This document shows, one piece after another, positions 1 to 11,985 of a DNA stretch of 64,000 nucleotides (position 1 is its first letter; each line of letters opens with the position of its first letter). The stretch comes from Prionailurus viverrinus (lineage: Eukaryota): NCBI RefSeq assembly GCF_022837055.1, contig NC_062576.1, positions 18,286,144-18,350,143 on the forward strand, read 5' to 3'. Under the pieces are notes generated by a model, which saw only the letters and a list, made by a program, of their open reading frames with translations, was not told the DNA's origin and did no database searches. A program made the position numbers and the translations under genes.

Positions 1-2
1 GA

Positions 3-188
<186 letters not shown>

Positions 189-264
189 TAGGGAATAGCC
201 ATGGGTCAGAAAGGGCTTCAGAGTGGGGAGGAAGATCTCACAGCGATCTCCACTCTTTCCCCAG

Positions 265-419
265 GGAAGACGCACACAATGCTGGGCAGCCCAGAGCAAC
301 CTGGAGTGATTCCCCGGGCTCTCATGGACCTCCTACAGCTCACAAGGGAGGAGGGCAGCGAGGGCCGGCCATGGGCTCTCTCTGTCACTATGTCCTACTT
401 AGAGATCTACCAGGAAAAG
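265..419 (+). CDS. KIF22: KIF22 coding exon (P-loop GKT, motor domain)
   Basis: AG 263-264; completes G codon then [51 protein letters not shown]; donor aag|GTgagc 420-421; frame agrees with ORF 201..497. Confidence 0.88.
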
Positions 420-657
420 GTGAGCACCCCCCCCCCCCCGCCCCCACTCTGGTTGGGGAGGGAAAAGACAAAAGTCAGAATAAGATCCAGTTCTTAAGCA
501 GGAAGCTCTGCTCTAGCAAGGAGGCAAGACCCGGAAAAACAGGTTGAGGTAGCAGATGGTACAACTCTGACAGCCCAGCAGAGAAAAGGAGACTGGTGCC
601 CAGGAAGTAAGTGGCCTGGGTCTGCAGAACCCGCCCTACCTCTCACTGCTCCGATAG

Positions 658-912
<255 letters not shown>

Positions 913-941
913 TGAACTAAGTTGGGGGTCCTTGCTCTTAA

Positions 942-1226
<285 letters not shown>

Positions 1227-1270
1227 TAGGTGTGCTGGGAGGGTGGGGAACAGCAGTCAAGAAATGAAAA

Positions 1271-1762
<492 letters not shown>

Positions 1763-1804
1763 TGACCGCCCCCCCCCCCCCCCCCCGCCCCACATCTTTC
1801 CTAG

Positions 1805-1940
1805 TCTTGGCACCCATTAAACTGTCTCAGAAAGAACTGGTAGGCCCATCAGAGGCAAAGAGAGCCCGAGGCCCTGAGGAAGAGGAGATTGGGAGTCCTG
1901 AGCCCACAGCAGCTCCAGCCTCTGCCTCTCAGAAACTCAG
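1805..1940 (+). CDS. KIF22: KIF22 coding exon (stalk)
   Basis: AG 1803-1804; (V)[45 protein letters not shown]; ends phase 2, donor ag|GTgagc 1941-1942. Confidence 0.8.
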
Positions 1941-3538
1941 GTGAGCAGAGTGGGAGGGGCCTTGGGTATATTCCCTGTTCTGTTGTGTCTGGGTTGGGTG
2001 CAGGGCAGTAGTGGGTTTAGTCTGTGAACTTGTTCCTCATTGAATTCACCCCAAATGCTACTCTACCGAACTCACTGAAGTGCTAAGGTCAAACTCTGTC
2101 CTTGGTGCTGCTGCCCGGGGCCTGAAGAAAGCCTCCTCCTTGAGTTCCTAGCCCTTCCCTTTCCATTTTCCAATCCCTTTAGGCAGTCAGCAAAACCTCA
2201 CATTTGGGGGCAGCTCTTTCTGGTTCAAAAAGTAATCTAGATCAGGTCTTTCAGGTCTAGAGGATAAGTGCAAAGCAAAGAGACAAGGAGGAGATGAAGA
2301 GCCATGTGTCCCTGAGACCTCTCAGTCTGTGCGTTAGAGTCCAGCATGTCCAGGACCCTACAAGGAGCCCGTTGCTATCTAACTTTGCTTCTAACCTCAG
2401 TCCAGAGTCACTGAGTCCCTCCCTTCTATGTGTATGGCGAGTCTCCCTAGTTCTGATGGCCCCAGCTCATGGCCCAGTATGCTTGAATCCTTAGGTCACT
2501 GCTGTTTAGTGGTCTTGCCTAGCTTTCTGTGTCTGGCCACCTGGCCCCCCCTAATAATTCTAGGGAGCCAGCCACAGTTTTTACTTTGCCCAGTTTCTAC
2601 CCAAGCCCAAGTACAGTCTCTCTAAACTGTAAGTCTAAAGACTAGTGAATAGGGGTGACCAGAGGAGGTCAAGGATTAGTACATCCTCTGCCCTGGGGAG
2701 GCTGCTGTAGTTGAGGATGGATGGCATATAGCAACAGGTGCTTGCTTGCTTAGAACTCCATGTCAGTTTTGTCTCTCCCAAGCTATTTGTCAGCAGAAAT
2801 GTACACCCCTGCACATGTGAATAGGCAAAGCTCAGAGATGGGGCACATCAGACCTAGTCAGACCTTGACCTCGGGCTCTAAAGGAAGAAGACTAGAACAT
2901 CAGTATATGATGGAGGGTAGGTAGTACAGGATGCAGTAAGGAAAGAGGAGCTGCTTCTGTGAGAGCCAGGAAGGAAGAAATGACTTCTGGTATTCACCCA
3001 TATTTTCTGATCCTGCTCTTCCTAGGCACTTGCACACAAAGAACAGGGCAGTCCCTGTCCTTGAGGAGCTAGTTCACAGTATAGGAAAGAAGATATACAA
3101 TCAAGCTGGGTTTTACGGGAAAGGTGGTATCAGATTGACTTTTGAATGATAATTGTGAGGGGGAAACTTCCAGGCAGAAGGAACAAATGTTAGGCATTAT
3201 GCTCAGATTAAGTCAGGACTCAGCTCGAATATGCCTTTCCTACTGCCCATGGGAAGAAGGCTTGGCATTTGAGGTCTGCAGCGGCTTTCAAAGCCCTGCT
3301 GAGGATGACTTCCTTTGTGAATCTTTCCCCACATGCTTCTCCTAGTGATTGATCCTCACTCACTTAATGAAGACACTGCACCCAGAGAGTCTGAATGACT
3401 TGCTCAGGGTTGCCCAGCAACTTAATAGCAGAATCTGGAATCACAGAATATACCAATTTAAGGCATAATGAAGGGAATCCTGCTGTGGAGAGGGCGATAA
3501 GAGGAGAGGTGGGTGTGGAGTAACCTTTGTCTGCTCAG

Positions 3539-3707
3539 CCCCCTACAGAAGCTGAGCAGCATGGACCCAGCTGTGCTGGAGCGCCTCCTCAGCTTGGACC
3601 GTCTCTTGGGCTCCCAGGGGAGCCAAGGAACCCATGGGCTGAACACCCCGAGGCGAGAGCGGATGGTGCTCATGAAGACCATGGAAGAGAAGGATTTGGA
3701 GATTGAG
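3539..3707 (+). CDS. KIF22: KIF22 coding exon (coiled-coil stalk)
   Basis: AG 3537-3538; (S)[56 protein letters not shown]; donor gag|GTaagt 3708-3709; frame = ORF 3513..3776. Confidence 0.85.
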
Positions 3708-4224
3708 GTAAGTGTTGGGCAGGTGGGGCTGGGATTCCTATTGGCCTTGAGAAGCAATCTGAGGATCTTCAAATAGGGAAGGACACTGAAAGGCTGGACC
3801 AGCATCCGATTTCTACCTAACCGGGAATCCGTTCTTCAGCTTCTGCTTGAATGTCCTTAATGTGGCTGGACCTTGAAAATAATTGATCAGCTGTGAGGAG
3901 GTGAGGGGGGTGGAAATCCAGGTAAAAGGAACAATAGAAGAGACGGTCATTTTGTAACACCAGCTCAAATTAAGTTAGGACTTTCGAACGGTCTTTCCCT
4001 TCAGTGTTTCACAAAGGGGCCCATTCCACCTCTGAGCATCCCTGATCATTAGAAAGCCCTTAATTACAGTGGCTCCAGTTGTCTCCTGGTAGCTTCTCTC
4101 CTTGGTCCTTGCCCTGCCTGCTAGGGCGTCAGAGCCCTGTACTCACTTTCCTAATCCACTGCCATCCAAGCTGCCTGAAAGTCGTTGGTTCTAGGTGACA
4201 TGTCTCCTTGATCCTTTCCAATAG

Positions 4225-4393
4225 AGGCTGAAGATGAAGCAAAAAGAACTGGAAGCCAAGGTTTTGGCCCAGGAGGCTGTAGACCCAAAGGATAAAGAAA
4301 ACTCCTCTCCTGCAGTGCTCCGACCGCTTGCACGCCGCACAGTCACAGTAGCTAAGCCCCTCAAAAAGGCTGTGGTGATGCCCCTGCAACTGA
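4225..4393 (+). CDS. KIF22: KIF22 coding exon
   Basis: AG 4223-4224; [56 protein letters not shown] + 1 nt; donor a|GTaagt 4394-4395; frame = ORF 4234..4518. Confidence 0.85.
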
Positions 4394-4764
4394 GTAAGTG
4401 TGGCGGTGGGGACCAGGAGGGCCAGATAACACATCTTGGAAAGGGAAGAGGTGTTTGGAGCAGCTTTCATCATGTCATTTGTGTGCTCCCACTATGTTGC
4501 AACCCCAGGGAGGGGTGAGGACTGTCTGAAATAGAGCTTGAGTGTTCTGTTCTCAGGCATTTAGTATGTTAACTAACATACAGACTAACAACAGACTACT
4601 TTCCAATACAAGAAAGGTCACATGGAAACAACAAAAGAAGAGGTTAATTTGGGATGGAGGGGACCGACCCAAGGAATCAGAAAATGGGAGAACCAAGGGG
4701 CCACCAGGGAGGGTGAGAAGAAGTAGCCTCTGCCATGATTCTGGTTCACAATTCTTGCCTTCAG

Positions 4765-4832
4765 TTCAGGAGCAGGCGGCATCCCCAAATGCTGAGATCC
4801 ATATCCTGAAGAAGAAAGGCCGGAAGAGAAAG
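4765..4832 (+). CDS. KIF22: KIF22 coding exon (basic NLS-like patch)
   Basis: AG 4763-4764; (I)QEQAASPNAEIHILKKKGRKRK; donor aag|GTgaga 4833-4834; frame = ORF 4542..4865. Confidence 0.85.
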
Positions 4833-5545
4833 GTGAGAGCAGCTGGAGGCTTCGGCTACACTTAGAGCGGAAAAGGGTGGGTAGTAAGCTCTAGTGAGAA
4901 GAGCACTGGCCATGGAGTCAAAACACGTACCAGCAATTTACAAGTTATTTATCCTCTGAATATGGAGACACCTCATAGGGCATTTAGGATGACATACAGT
5001 ATGTACCTAGCGGAGAGGGTGTCCAACACCTGTTACTTCCCTTTCTTCTTGATGGCTCTCACCCTCAGTCAGTAGCTACTTGCTAGGTACATTGTGTAGC
5101 CTGAGTCCCACTCTCTACCAACTTAAGAGCCCACTTAGGGAAACATGACCTAAGCATTCAAGAAATGAAACAGCACCGAAAAAATTACCTAAAAACTGAG
5201 ATGATATGTTGGGGGCATGGGTATCATTTATCGCATGCCTTCTGTGTTCCTCCCTAGGAGTGAAAGATGATTTTTGGAGATGAGGCAGATTTAAGAGCTT
5301 ACTATGTGCTTTGTCCTCAGCAACAGTCCCCACTCTTTCACAAGTCAGATAAAATGAGAATCAGCCCAGAGAGTGACCGGGGAGGAGGGTTTTTGGACAA
5401 ACACTTGAAGGAAAGAGAGGCTAGGAAGGGCGGGGAGGTAGCTGCTGTTAGGTTCCTATCCTTGGCAGAGGAGTCTAAAGCAGTTTGCTGCCACAGGCTG
5501 AATAGCAAACTCTGTTTCTGTCACTCACCTCCCCCTGCCTCATAG

Positions 5546-6052
<507 letters not shown>

Positions 6053-6277
6053 CTGCAGGCTCCTTTCCTCACTTGGCCATTTTTTTTTAAATTCTCGTAT
6101 AACCGTGTGTCGTGTAAATACAGTTTTTACTCTGGTGCTTCAGCCTGATTCTTGGGACTACGGGGGTGGGGCCAAAGGTATAATTGCCCTTGGGATGGGC
6201 CACAAGCTCCGCCGCGTAACCTCTTTCGGCGCCATCTTTGGGAAGAGCAAGCAGGAAAGAAGCGGGGCAGGATTGTA

Positions 6278-6283
6278 AATAAA
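6278..6283 (+). terminator. KIF22: candidate KIF22 polyadenylation signal (AATAAA); alternative variant AATACA at 6117-6122
   Basis: first canonical hexamer downstream of KIF22 stop; a non-canonical AATACA lies only 65 nt after the stop. Confidence 0.3.
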
Positions 6284-6349
6284 CCGCTGGAATGGGGGAG
6301 AGGGGAAGGACGGTGGCCGAAAGGAATCAAAACACTAACGCAAAAGCCC

Positions 6350-7174
6350 CAGAAGGACGACCGTTAGGCGGGCGCGCGCTTCGTGTTTAGCCCCGCCCCA
6401 TCCGTACCCCCGGCGCGCGCTCCCCTGTTCTCCCGCTCAGCAACGACAGCGGTTTTATGCGCGTGCGCGCGAAATAACGGCCGCTGGCGGAGGGAGGAGG
6501 GGGGTGGAATCTTTGAAGGGGGGGGAAGAGAGAAGCCGCCCTGTCTCCCGCGCGCCCACCACCTGCGCCATCGTCAGCCAATCAGCGGCCGTCTCAGGGG
6601 TCTCGCGCTTGGGGCGACTCGGGCTGCTGGGTGGCTCCCCCGTCCCTCCTCCCGCCAAGAGTCCCTCTCGTACCTCCCCCCTCCCGCTGGCCTCGCGCGC
6701 GCTCGCGCTCGCGCCCGCTCCAGCCTCTTGTGTGTCCTCGCGCCCCCCGCCCGCCCTCCCCGCGCGCAGTGTGCTCCGCTCCCCCCACCCTCCTCCTCCT
6801 TCCCCCCTCCCGCCCGCCCCGCGCGCCTCCTCCCTGGGTTCCCCCTCCCCCACCGCCGCCTCCTCCTCCTCCCGCCCCAGGGTGAGCTCGAGCCACCTCC
6901 CTCCCTCCCTCCGCCATGGATCCCGGCAACTGGAGCAGCTTCATCTTCCAGGTAACAACCCCCTCCCCCCGCCCCCCCACCCCCCCTTCCCACACCCCCT
7001 CCCGCCCGCCCTCCCTCCCGTCCCACCCCCCCTCCGCGCGCCCGGTGCGCGCGCAGCTGTCCCCCTCCCTCCCTCGCGCCCTCCCCCGCCCTCCCCGAGG
7101 CGCCGGCTGGGCGCGCGCGCGGCGGGGGCCGAGGCTGCTCCCTCGCTCCCCCCACCCCGCCCCGCCAGGCTCCA

Positions 7175-7207
<33 letters not shown>

Positions 7208-7489
7208 CGGGCCCCCGCCCCCTGCCCCCGGCCCCCGGCCCCGCGGGGCCTCCCGCCCCCACCCAGGGGGCGTCGCCGCTGCCGTCGCCGCCGCGCTCCG
7301 CGGCCCGCCAGGCGCCCTCCTTCCCTCCCTCCCGCCGGCCGGGGTGCGCGGGCGGCGGGGCGGCCCGCGGGCCATGCGTTCGGCGCGGCCCAGCCCGGCC
7401 GGCCGGGGGCGGCGCCCCGAGCCCGGGCCCCGCGCGGCCCGCGCCCCCGGCCCCCGCTGAGCCCCGGGGGCCCCGCCGTGGCCGAGGCC
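6350..7489 (+). promoter_or_regulatory. MAZ: MAZ CpG-island promoter / 5'UTR; very C-rich on + strand with many CCCTCCC (MAZ/Sp1-type) motifs and a (CCG)9 tract at 7186-7206
   Basis: CpG density and GC content visibly very high; directly upstream of MAZ ATG 7490; repeated ccctccc/cccgcccc elements 6660-7110. Confidence 0.7.
6916..6951 (+). CDS. MAZ: candidate alternative MAZ first coding exon (MDPGNWSSFIFQ), SAF-3-like N-terminus
   Basis: ATG 6916 then 12 codons ending exactly at cag|GTaaca donor 6952-6953, phase 0 and compatible with phase-0 acceptor of exon 2 at 7765; resembles reported human MAZ upstream-exon isoform. Confidence 0.4.
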
Positions 7490-7681
7490 ATGTTCCCCGT
7501 GTTCCCTTGCACGCTGCTGGCCCCCCCCTTCCCCGTGCTGGGCCTGGACTCCCGGGGGGTGGGCGGCCTCATGAACTCCTTCCCGCCACCTCAGGGTCAC
7601 GCCCAGAACCCCCTGCAGGTCGGGGCTGAGCTCCAGTCCCGCTTCTTTGCCTCCCAGGGCTGCGCCCAGAGTCCATTCCAG
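7490..7681 (+). CDS. MAZ: MAZ (MYC-associated zinc finger protein) coding exon 1
   Basis: ATG 7490; MFPVFPCTLLAPPFPVLGLDSRGVGGLMNSFPPPQGHAQNPLQVGAELQSRFFASQGCAQSPFQ (64 aa identical to human); donor cag|GTgagt 7682-7683. Confidence 0.92.
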
Positions 7682-7764
7682 GTGAGTAGGGGCCGGCCGT
7701 GGCGGGCCGGGCCGGGAGGGCGCCGACCCGCGGCCGCGGCCCACACGGCGCCTTGTCTTCGCAG

Positions 7765-8621
7765 GCCGCGCCGGCGCCCCCACCCACGCCCCAGCCCCCG
7801 GCGGCCGAGCCCCTCCAGGTGGACTTGCTCCCGGTTCTCGCCGCCGCCCAGGAGTCGGCCGCCGCCGCGGCCGCCGCCGCAGCTGCCGCCGCCGCCGCCG
7901 CCGTCGCTGCTGCGCCCCCGGCCCCGGCCGCCGCCTCCACAGTGGACACAGCGGCTCTGAAGCAGCCGCCGGCGCCCCCGCCGCCGCCCCCGCCGGTGTC
8001 GGCGCCCGCTGCCGAGGCCGCGCCCCCTGTCTCTGCCGCCACCATCGCCGCAGCCGCGGCCACCGCCGTCGTAGCCCCAACCTCGACGGTCGCCGTGGCC
8101 CCGGTCGCATCTGCCTTGGAGAAGAAAACAAAGAGCAAGGGGCCCTACATCTGCGCCCTGTGCGCCAAGGAGTTCAAGAACGGCTACAACCTCCGGAGGC
8201 ACGAGGCCATCCACACGGGAGCCAAGGCCGGCCGGGTCCCCTCGGGTGCTATGAAGATGCCCACCATGGTGCCCCTGAGCCTCCTGAGCGTGCCCCAGCT
8301 GAGCGGAGCCGGCGGGGGAGGGGGAGAAGCGGGTGCGGGCGGCGGAGCGGCCGCCGTGGCCGCGGGTGGCGTGGTGACCACGACCGCCTCGGGAAAGCGC
8401 ATCCGGAAGAACCACGCCTGTGAGATGTGCGGCAAGGCCTTCCGCGACGTCTACCACCTGAACCGACACAAGCTGTCGCACTCGGACGAGAAGCCCTACC
8501 AGTGCCCGGTGTGCCAGCAGCGCTTCAAGCGCAAGGACCGCATGAGCTACCACGTGCGCTCACATGACGGCGCTGTGCACAAGCCCTACAACTGCTCCCA
8601 CTGTGGCAAGAGCTTCTCCCG
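7765..8621 (+). CDS. MAZ: MAZ coding exon 2 (poly-Ala/Pro tracts, C2H2 zinc fingers 1-3)
   Basis: AG 7763-7764; AAPAPPPTPQ...poly-A...KGPYICALCAKEFKNGYNLRRHEAIHTG...HACEMCGKAFRDVYHLNRHKLSH...YQCPVCQQRFKRKDRMSYHVRSH...YNCSHCGKSFS + 2 nt; donor cg|GTgtgc 8622-8623; frame = ORF 7699..8721. Confidence 0.9.
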
Positions 8622-9022
8622 GTGTGCACGGGGCCTCGGCCGCCCACTGGGCGGGTGGGGAGGGAGGGACGGCTACGGAGGTGGCCTGGCCTTGGCTGGC
8701 GGGGAGGGAGGAGGTTTCTGAGGACGGGGACCGGGAGCCACTCCCCGGGAGGAGGGAGGAAAGCCTCTCCTGGTTACCAGGGAGCAGGGGGTGGTACTTA
8801 GCCAAGGAGGTGGGTCCTCCGGTTGTAAGAAAGCTTCGCGTGGGAGGAGGACCAGCCCGCCCTGCGTCAGGGGGAGGGATTTCCTGCCGCGCCAGCGCTC
8901 CGAAGCCTTGGGCTGGGCCGAAAAGGCAGGGGTCTTTGGAAAGGCCGGTCGTGCTAAGTTGGGTAGAATTGGGAGCGCGTCCGCTCCCCAGGCCCCTAAC
9001 CCCAACCCCAACGTGTTCCCAG

Positions 9023-9086
9023 GCCGGATCACCTCAACAGTCACGTCAGACAAGTGCACTCAACAGAACGGCCCTTCAAATGTGAG
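9023..9086 (+). CDS. MAZ: MAZ coding exon 3
   Basis: AG 9021-9022; (R)PDHLNSHVRQVHSTERPFKCE; donor gag|GTagga 9087-9088. Confidence 0.9.
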
Positions 9087-9363
9087 GTAGGAAGCCCGCC
9101 GCCTCCTGTCCCGGTTTTCATGATTTTGATCCTCATTGTAGCTGTCTGAGCTCAGCCTCTCAGACCCCCTTTTTCTCTCTCTTCTTTTTGCTTTTTCACT
9201 CCATTTTCTCATCTCTTCTTCAAGACCCTGTCATCTCACTCCCATTTCCTACAGATCAAAGATCCCCAAGGCTCTGATTCCTTTAACCTCTTGCCCCCCT
9301 CTCCCCACTCCCCAAAGCTTTAACTCTCCTGACACCCCCCCACGCCCCTCCCCCCTTCCCCAG

Positions 9364-9535
9364 AAATGTGAGGCAGCTTTTGCTACGAAGGATCGACTGC
9401 GGGCGCACACAGTACGACACGAGGAGAAGGTGCCATGTCATGTGTGTGGCAAGATGCTGAGCTCGGCTTATATTTCGGACCACATGAAGGTGCACAGCCA
9501 GGGCCCTCACCATGTCTGTGAGCTCTGCAACAAAG
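9364..9535 (+). CDS. MAZ: MAZ coding exon 4 (zinc fingers 5-6)
   Basis: AG 9362-9363; KCEAAFATKDRLRAHTVRHEEKVPCHVCGKMLSSAYISDHMKVHSQGPHHVCELCNK + 1 nt; donor g|GTacat 9536-9537. Confidence 0.9.
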
Positions 9536-10340
9536 GTACATGCTGAAAGATGCTGGGAGGGCCAGGGACAATGGGTAGGGGACAAAGCCAGAGGCCCTTC
9601 CACAGACGTGGGTTAAAGGTGTTGTAGTCCAGAGCTCATGGCATTTAGAGCCCTTTAGGAAGCAAATGGAACAACATCAGGAGGACTGAACCTCATTAAG
9701 TTTTGAGAGGTGTTGACTGGAGGAGATGACCTACCCGGAAGAGTCAGTCTCGGGGTGGGTAGGGAGGGTGGGAGCAGGACTGCTGTGGGGAAGGAGTGGT
9801 CAAGAGCCAGTTCCCAAAGGTTGGAAGCCAGGGTTTCAGCTGTGTGGCCACATGTTCTGCTCTTTGGCTCCTGGGGCAAGCAGAGCGCGTTGGCAGGGGT
9901 TTAACAAGCTCGCGCCCTGCCCCAGGAGCAGAAAAAGCTGCTTTTAAACAGATTCACATATTCATGGAGTAATTGGGCTGAGACTGTATGGGGCCCTGGA
10001 GGGAGGGGACACAGCCGTCTCTGCTGAGGGTCAACTCTTCAAGTGGCTAGGAATCAGTGGGCTGTCATCCCGGAAGAGGTCCCCCAGCCACGGAGAATAG
10101 GCTCTGTGGGCACCAAGGCTAGGAAGCTGACACCACTCAACCAGGCCCCAAACTTAGGGAAGGAAATGTGCCCCACCAGCCCCAACAGAGTAGCTGGCCC
10201 CAGGCTACCAAGGATATGGTGGGAGGAGGACAGGGCCATCTGAGCAGGGCGTCCCCAGCCTAGGAGAACAGCCCCGTCTCTGGGGTCTCCACCTGGCTGA
10301 CCCCCCATCCCCCATCCCAATCCACCCCCCCCCCCCATAG

Positions 10341-10543
10341 GCTTCACCACAGCAGCATACCTGCGCATCCACGCGGTGAAGGACCACGGGCTCCAGGCCC
10401 CGCGGGCTGACCGCATCCTGTGCAAGCTGTGCAGCGTGCACTGCAAGACCCCTGCCCAGCTGGCCGGCCACATGCAGACCCATCTGGGGGGGGCCGCCCC
10501 CCCTGTCCCGGGAGACGCCCCCCAGCCACAGCCCACCTGCTGA
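10341..10543 (+). CDS. MAZ: MAZ alternative terminal coding exon (isoform-2/SAF-2-like extra zinc finger C-terminus)
   Basis: pyrimidine tract (C12) + AG 10339-10340; in phase with exon 4: (G)FTTAAYLRIHAVKDHGLQAPRADRILCKLCSVHCKTPAQLAGHMQTHLGGAAPPVPGDAPQPQPTC, TGA 10541-10543; lies inside the intron of the canonical transcript. Confidence 0.6.
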
Positions 10544-10876
10544 GGGGGACCCCCGCACCCACCAGGCAAGGCGTGGGGCATGGCTGGGGGGGGTGGGATG
10601 GGTTGTGTGGGACGAGGGGGCTCAAAGGGCCCAATAGGGGATCTCAGGAAGGCCAGGGATGCCCATCCATCACTGAAGTTAGGGAGACTTCTGGGGACAG
10701 GGAAGGCCCTTCAGGACAACTGGGTAAGGATGCAGGCGGAGGCCTCTGGGGACCAAACAGGAAGTGAGCAACGGCTGTGTCCCAGGGGAGGGAGTCTGGG
10801 AATGAGTCTGGGGCAGGGGGCGAGGCTCTTGCCTTTCAGATTGTACTGTGATCTCCTGGTGTCTCTCGCTGTGCAG

Positions 10877-11031
10877 GTACCGGTGAGGTCTGTCCTATGG
10901 CGGCGGCGGCGGCGGCGGCAGCTGCGGCGGCGGCGGCAGCGGTGGCGGCTCCCCCGACAGCTGTGGGCTCCCTCTCGGGGGCCGAGGGGGTGCCCGTGAG
11001 CTCTCAGCCACTTCCCTCTCAGCCCTGGTGA
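10877..11031 (+). CDS. MAZ: MAZ canonical terminal coding exon (C-terminal poly-Ala)
   Basis: AG 10875-10876; (G)TGEVCPMAAAAAAAAAAAAAVAAPPTAVGSLSGAEGVPVSSQPLPSQPW, TGA 11029-11031. Confidence 0.88.
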
Positions 11032-11467
11032 GCTCCAGGTTGGTGGCGGGGAGAGCGGAAAGTGGAGGAAAGTCCCTTGGTACCGTCTCCTCTTCCCCTC
11101 TCTTCCCACCAACTCCTCACTACTTCCCCACCAACCAAGGAGCCTCCAGAAGGAAAGGAGGAAGAGATGTTTCTTAGGGGAATTCGCTAGGTTTTAACGA
11201 TTTGTTTCTCCTGCTCCTCTCTTCTCCCTGTCAGACCTGACCCCACACAAACACCTGTCCCCTCGGTTGTGTTGAAGCCCCCTGGACAGTGGGCAGGGGT
11301 GGCAGAGGACAGGAGTGGCCACTGCCCTCACCCCCTCTCCTCCCTGTAACCCCCTGCCCTGCCCTTCCAGGGATCTGTGAGCCTTCTCCTTGATGGTCCT
11401 TGCTCTCCTCCTTCCATCTCCCCCCACCCCCCACTACTGTCTGCTGCCCCTCCCTGGGGAGTTGGTG

Positions 11468-11470
<3 letters not shown>

Positions 11471-11500
<30 letters not shown>
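11471..11500 (+). repeat. MAZ: T30 homopolymer in MAZ 3'UTR
   Basis: 30 consecutive T directly visible. Confidence 0.95.
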
Positions 11501-11968
11501 CAGGGGGAGGGAGGAGAGGAAGGAGGGGAATCAAAGATTCTGTCCCAGAGGGGAAAAGGTGAGATTGGAGAAGGGGCAGAAGCAGGGAAGGCAACGGTAG
11601 TACCTTCATAAGGTGGGGTTGTTTAGGGTCAGGCCCTAAACATTGTCCTACTTAGAATCTGTCAGGGGAAAACACGTCAAGGGGAGCAAAAGAAGGAGCC
11701 ACTAGGGCCAGAGGCAGGATAAGAGATGGAATTTTAGGGTGCCAGGGTAAACGGGGGGATCCAGGGACTAGAGGTGCTTCCTGGGGGTGGGGGGAATGCA
11801 GTCACAGTGTCTCCCCCGTCCCTCTTCCACCCCAGCTCCAGCCCTGGCCTTTTCTTTTCATCCCTCTCCCCCAAGACAGAAGCTGTGGCCCTGGCCATGT
11901 CATCGTGTTCCTGTGTCCCCTGCATGTTCCCCACCCTTCATCCCCTCCTTTTGCGCGGACCCCATTAC

Positions 11969-11985
11969 AATAAATTTTAAATAAA
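11969..11985 (+). terminator. MAZ: MAZ tandem polyadenylation signals (AATAAA 11969-11974 and 11980-11985)
   Basis: cattacAATAAAttttaAATAAAaacc ~940 nt after MAZ stop. Confidence 0.6.

Noticed and set aside
7478-7489. MAZ N-terminal extension MAEA- from the ORF-track start at 7478
   Set aside because: 7478 is a GTG (alternative-start convention of the ORF track); the conserved MAZ start is the ATG at 7490.
6383-8553. Very long ORFs on both strands (6504..7460 +, 6574..7572 -, 6941..8131 -, 7597..8553 -, 6383..6955 +) overlapping the MAZ promoter and exons
   Set aside because: Produced by extreme GC/CpG content, with few stop codons possible. Translations are Pro/Ala/Gly/Arg low-complexity and have no splice support. 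They overlap the well-supported MAZ exons in other frames or the antisense strand.
10054-10767. ORFs in MAZ intron 4 (10054..10634 -, 10420..10767 +) other than the alternative exon
   Set aside because: GC-rich, no motif content; only the frame continuous with exon 4 and bounded by AG/TGA (10341-10543) has support.
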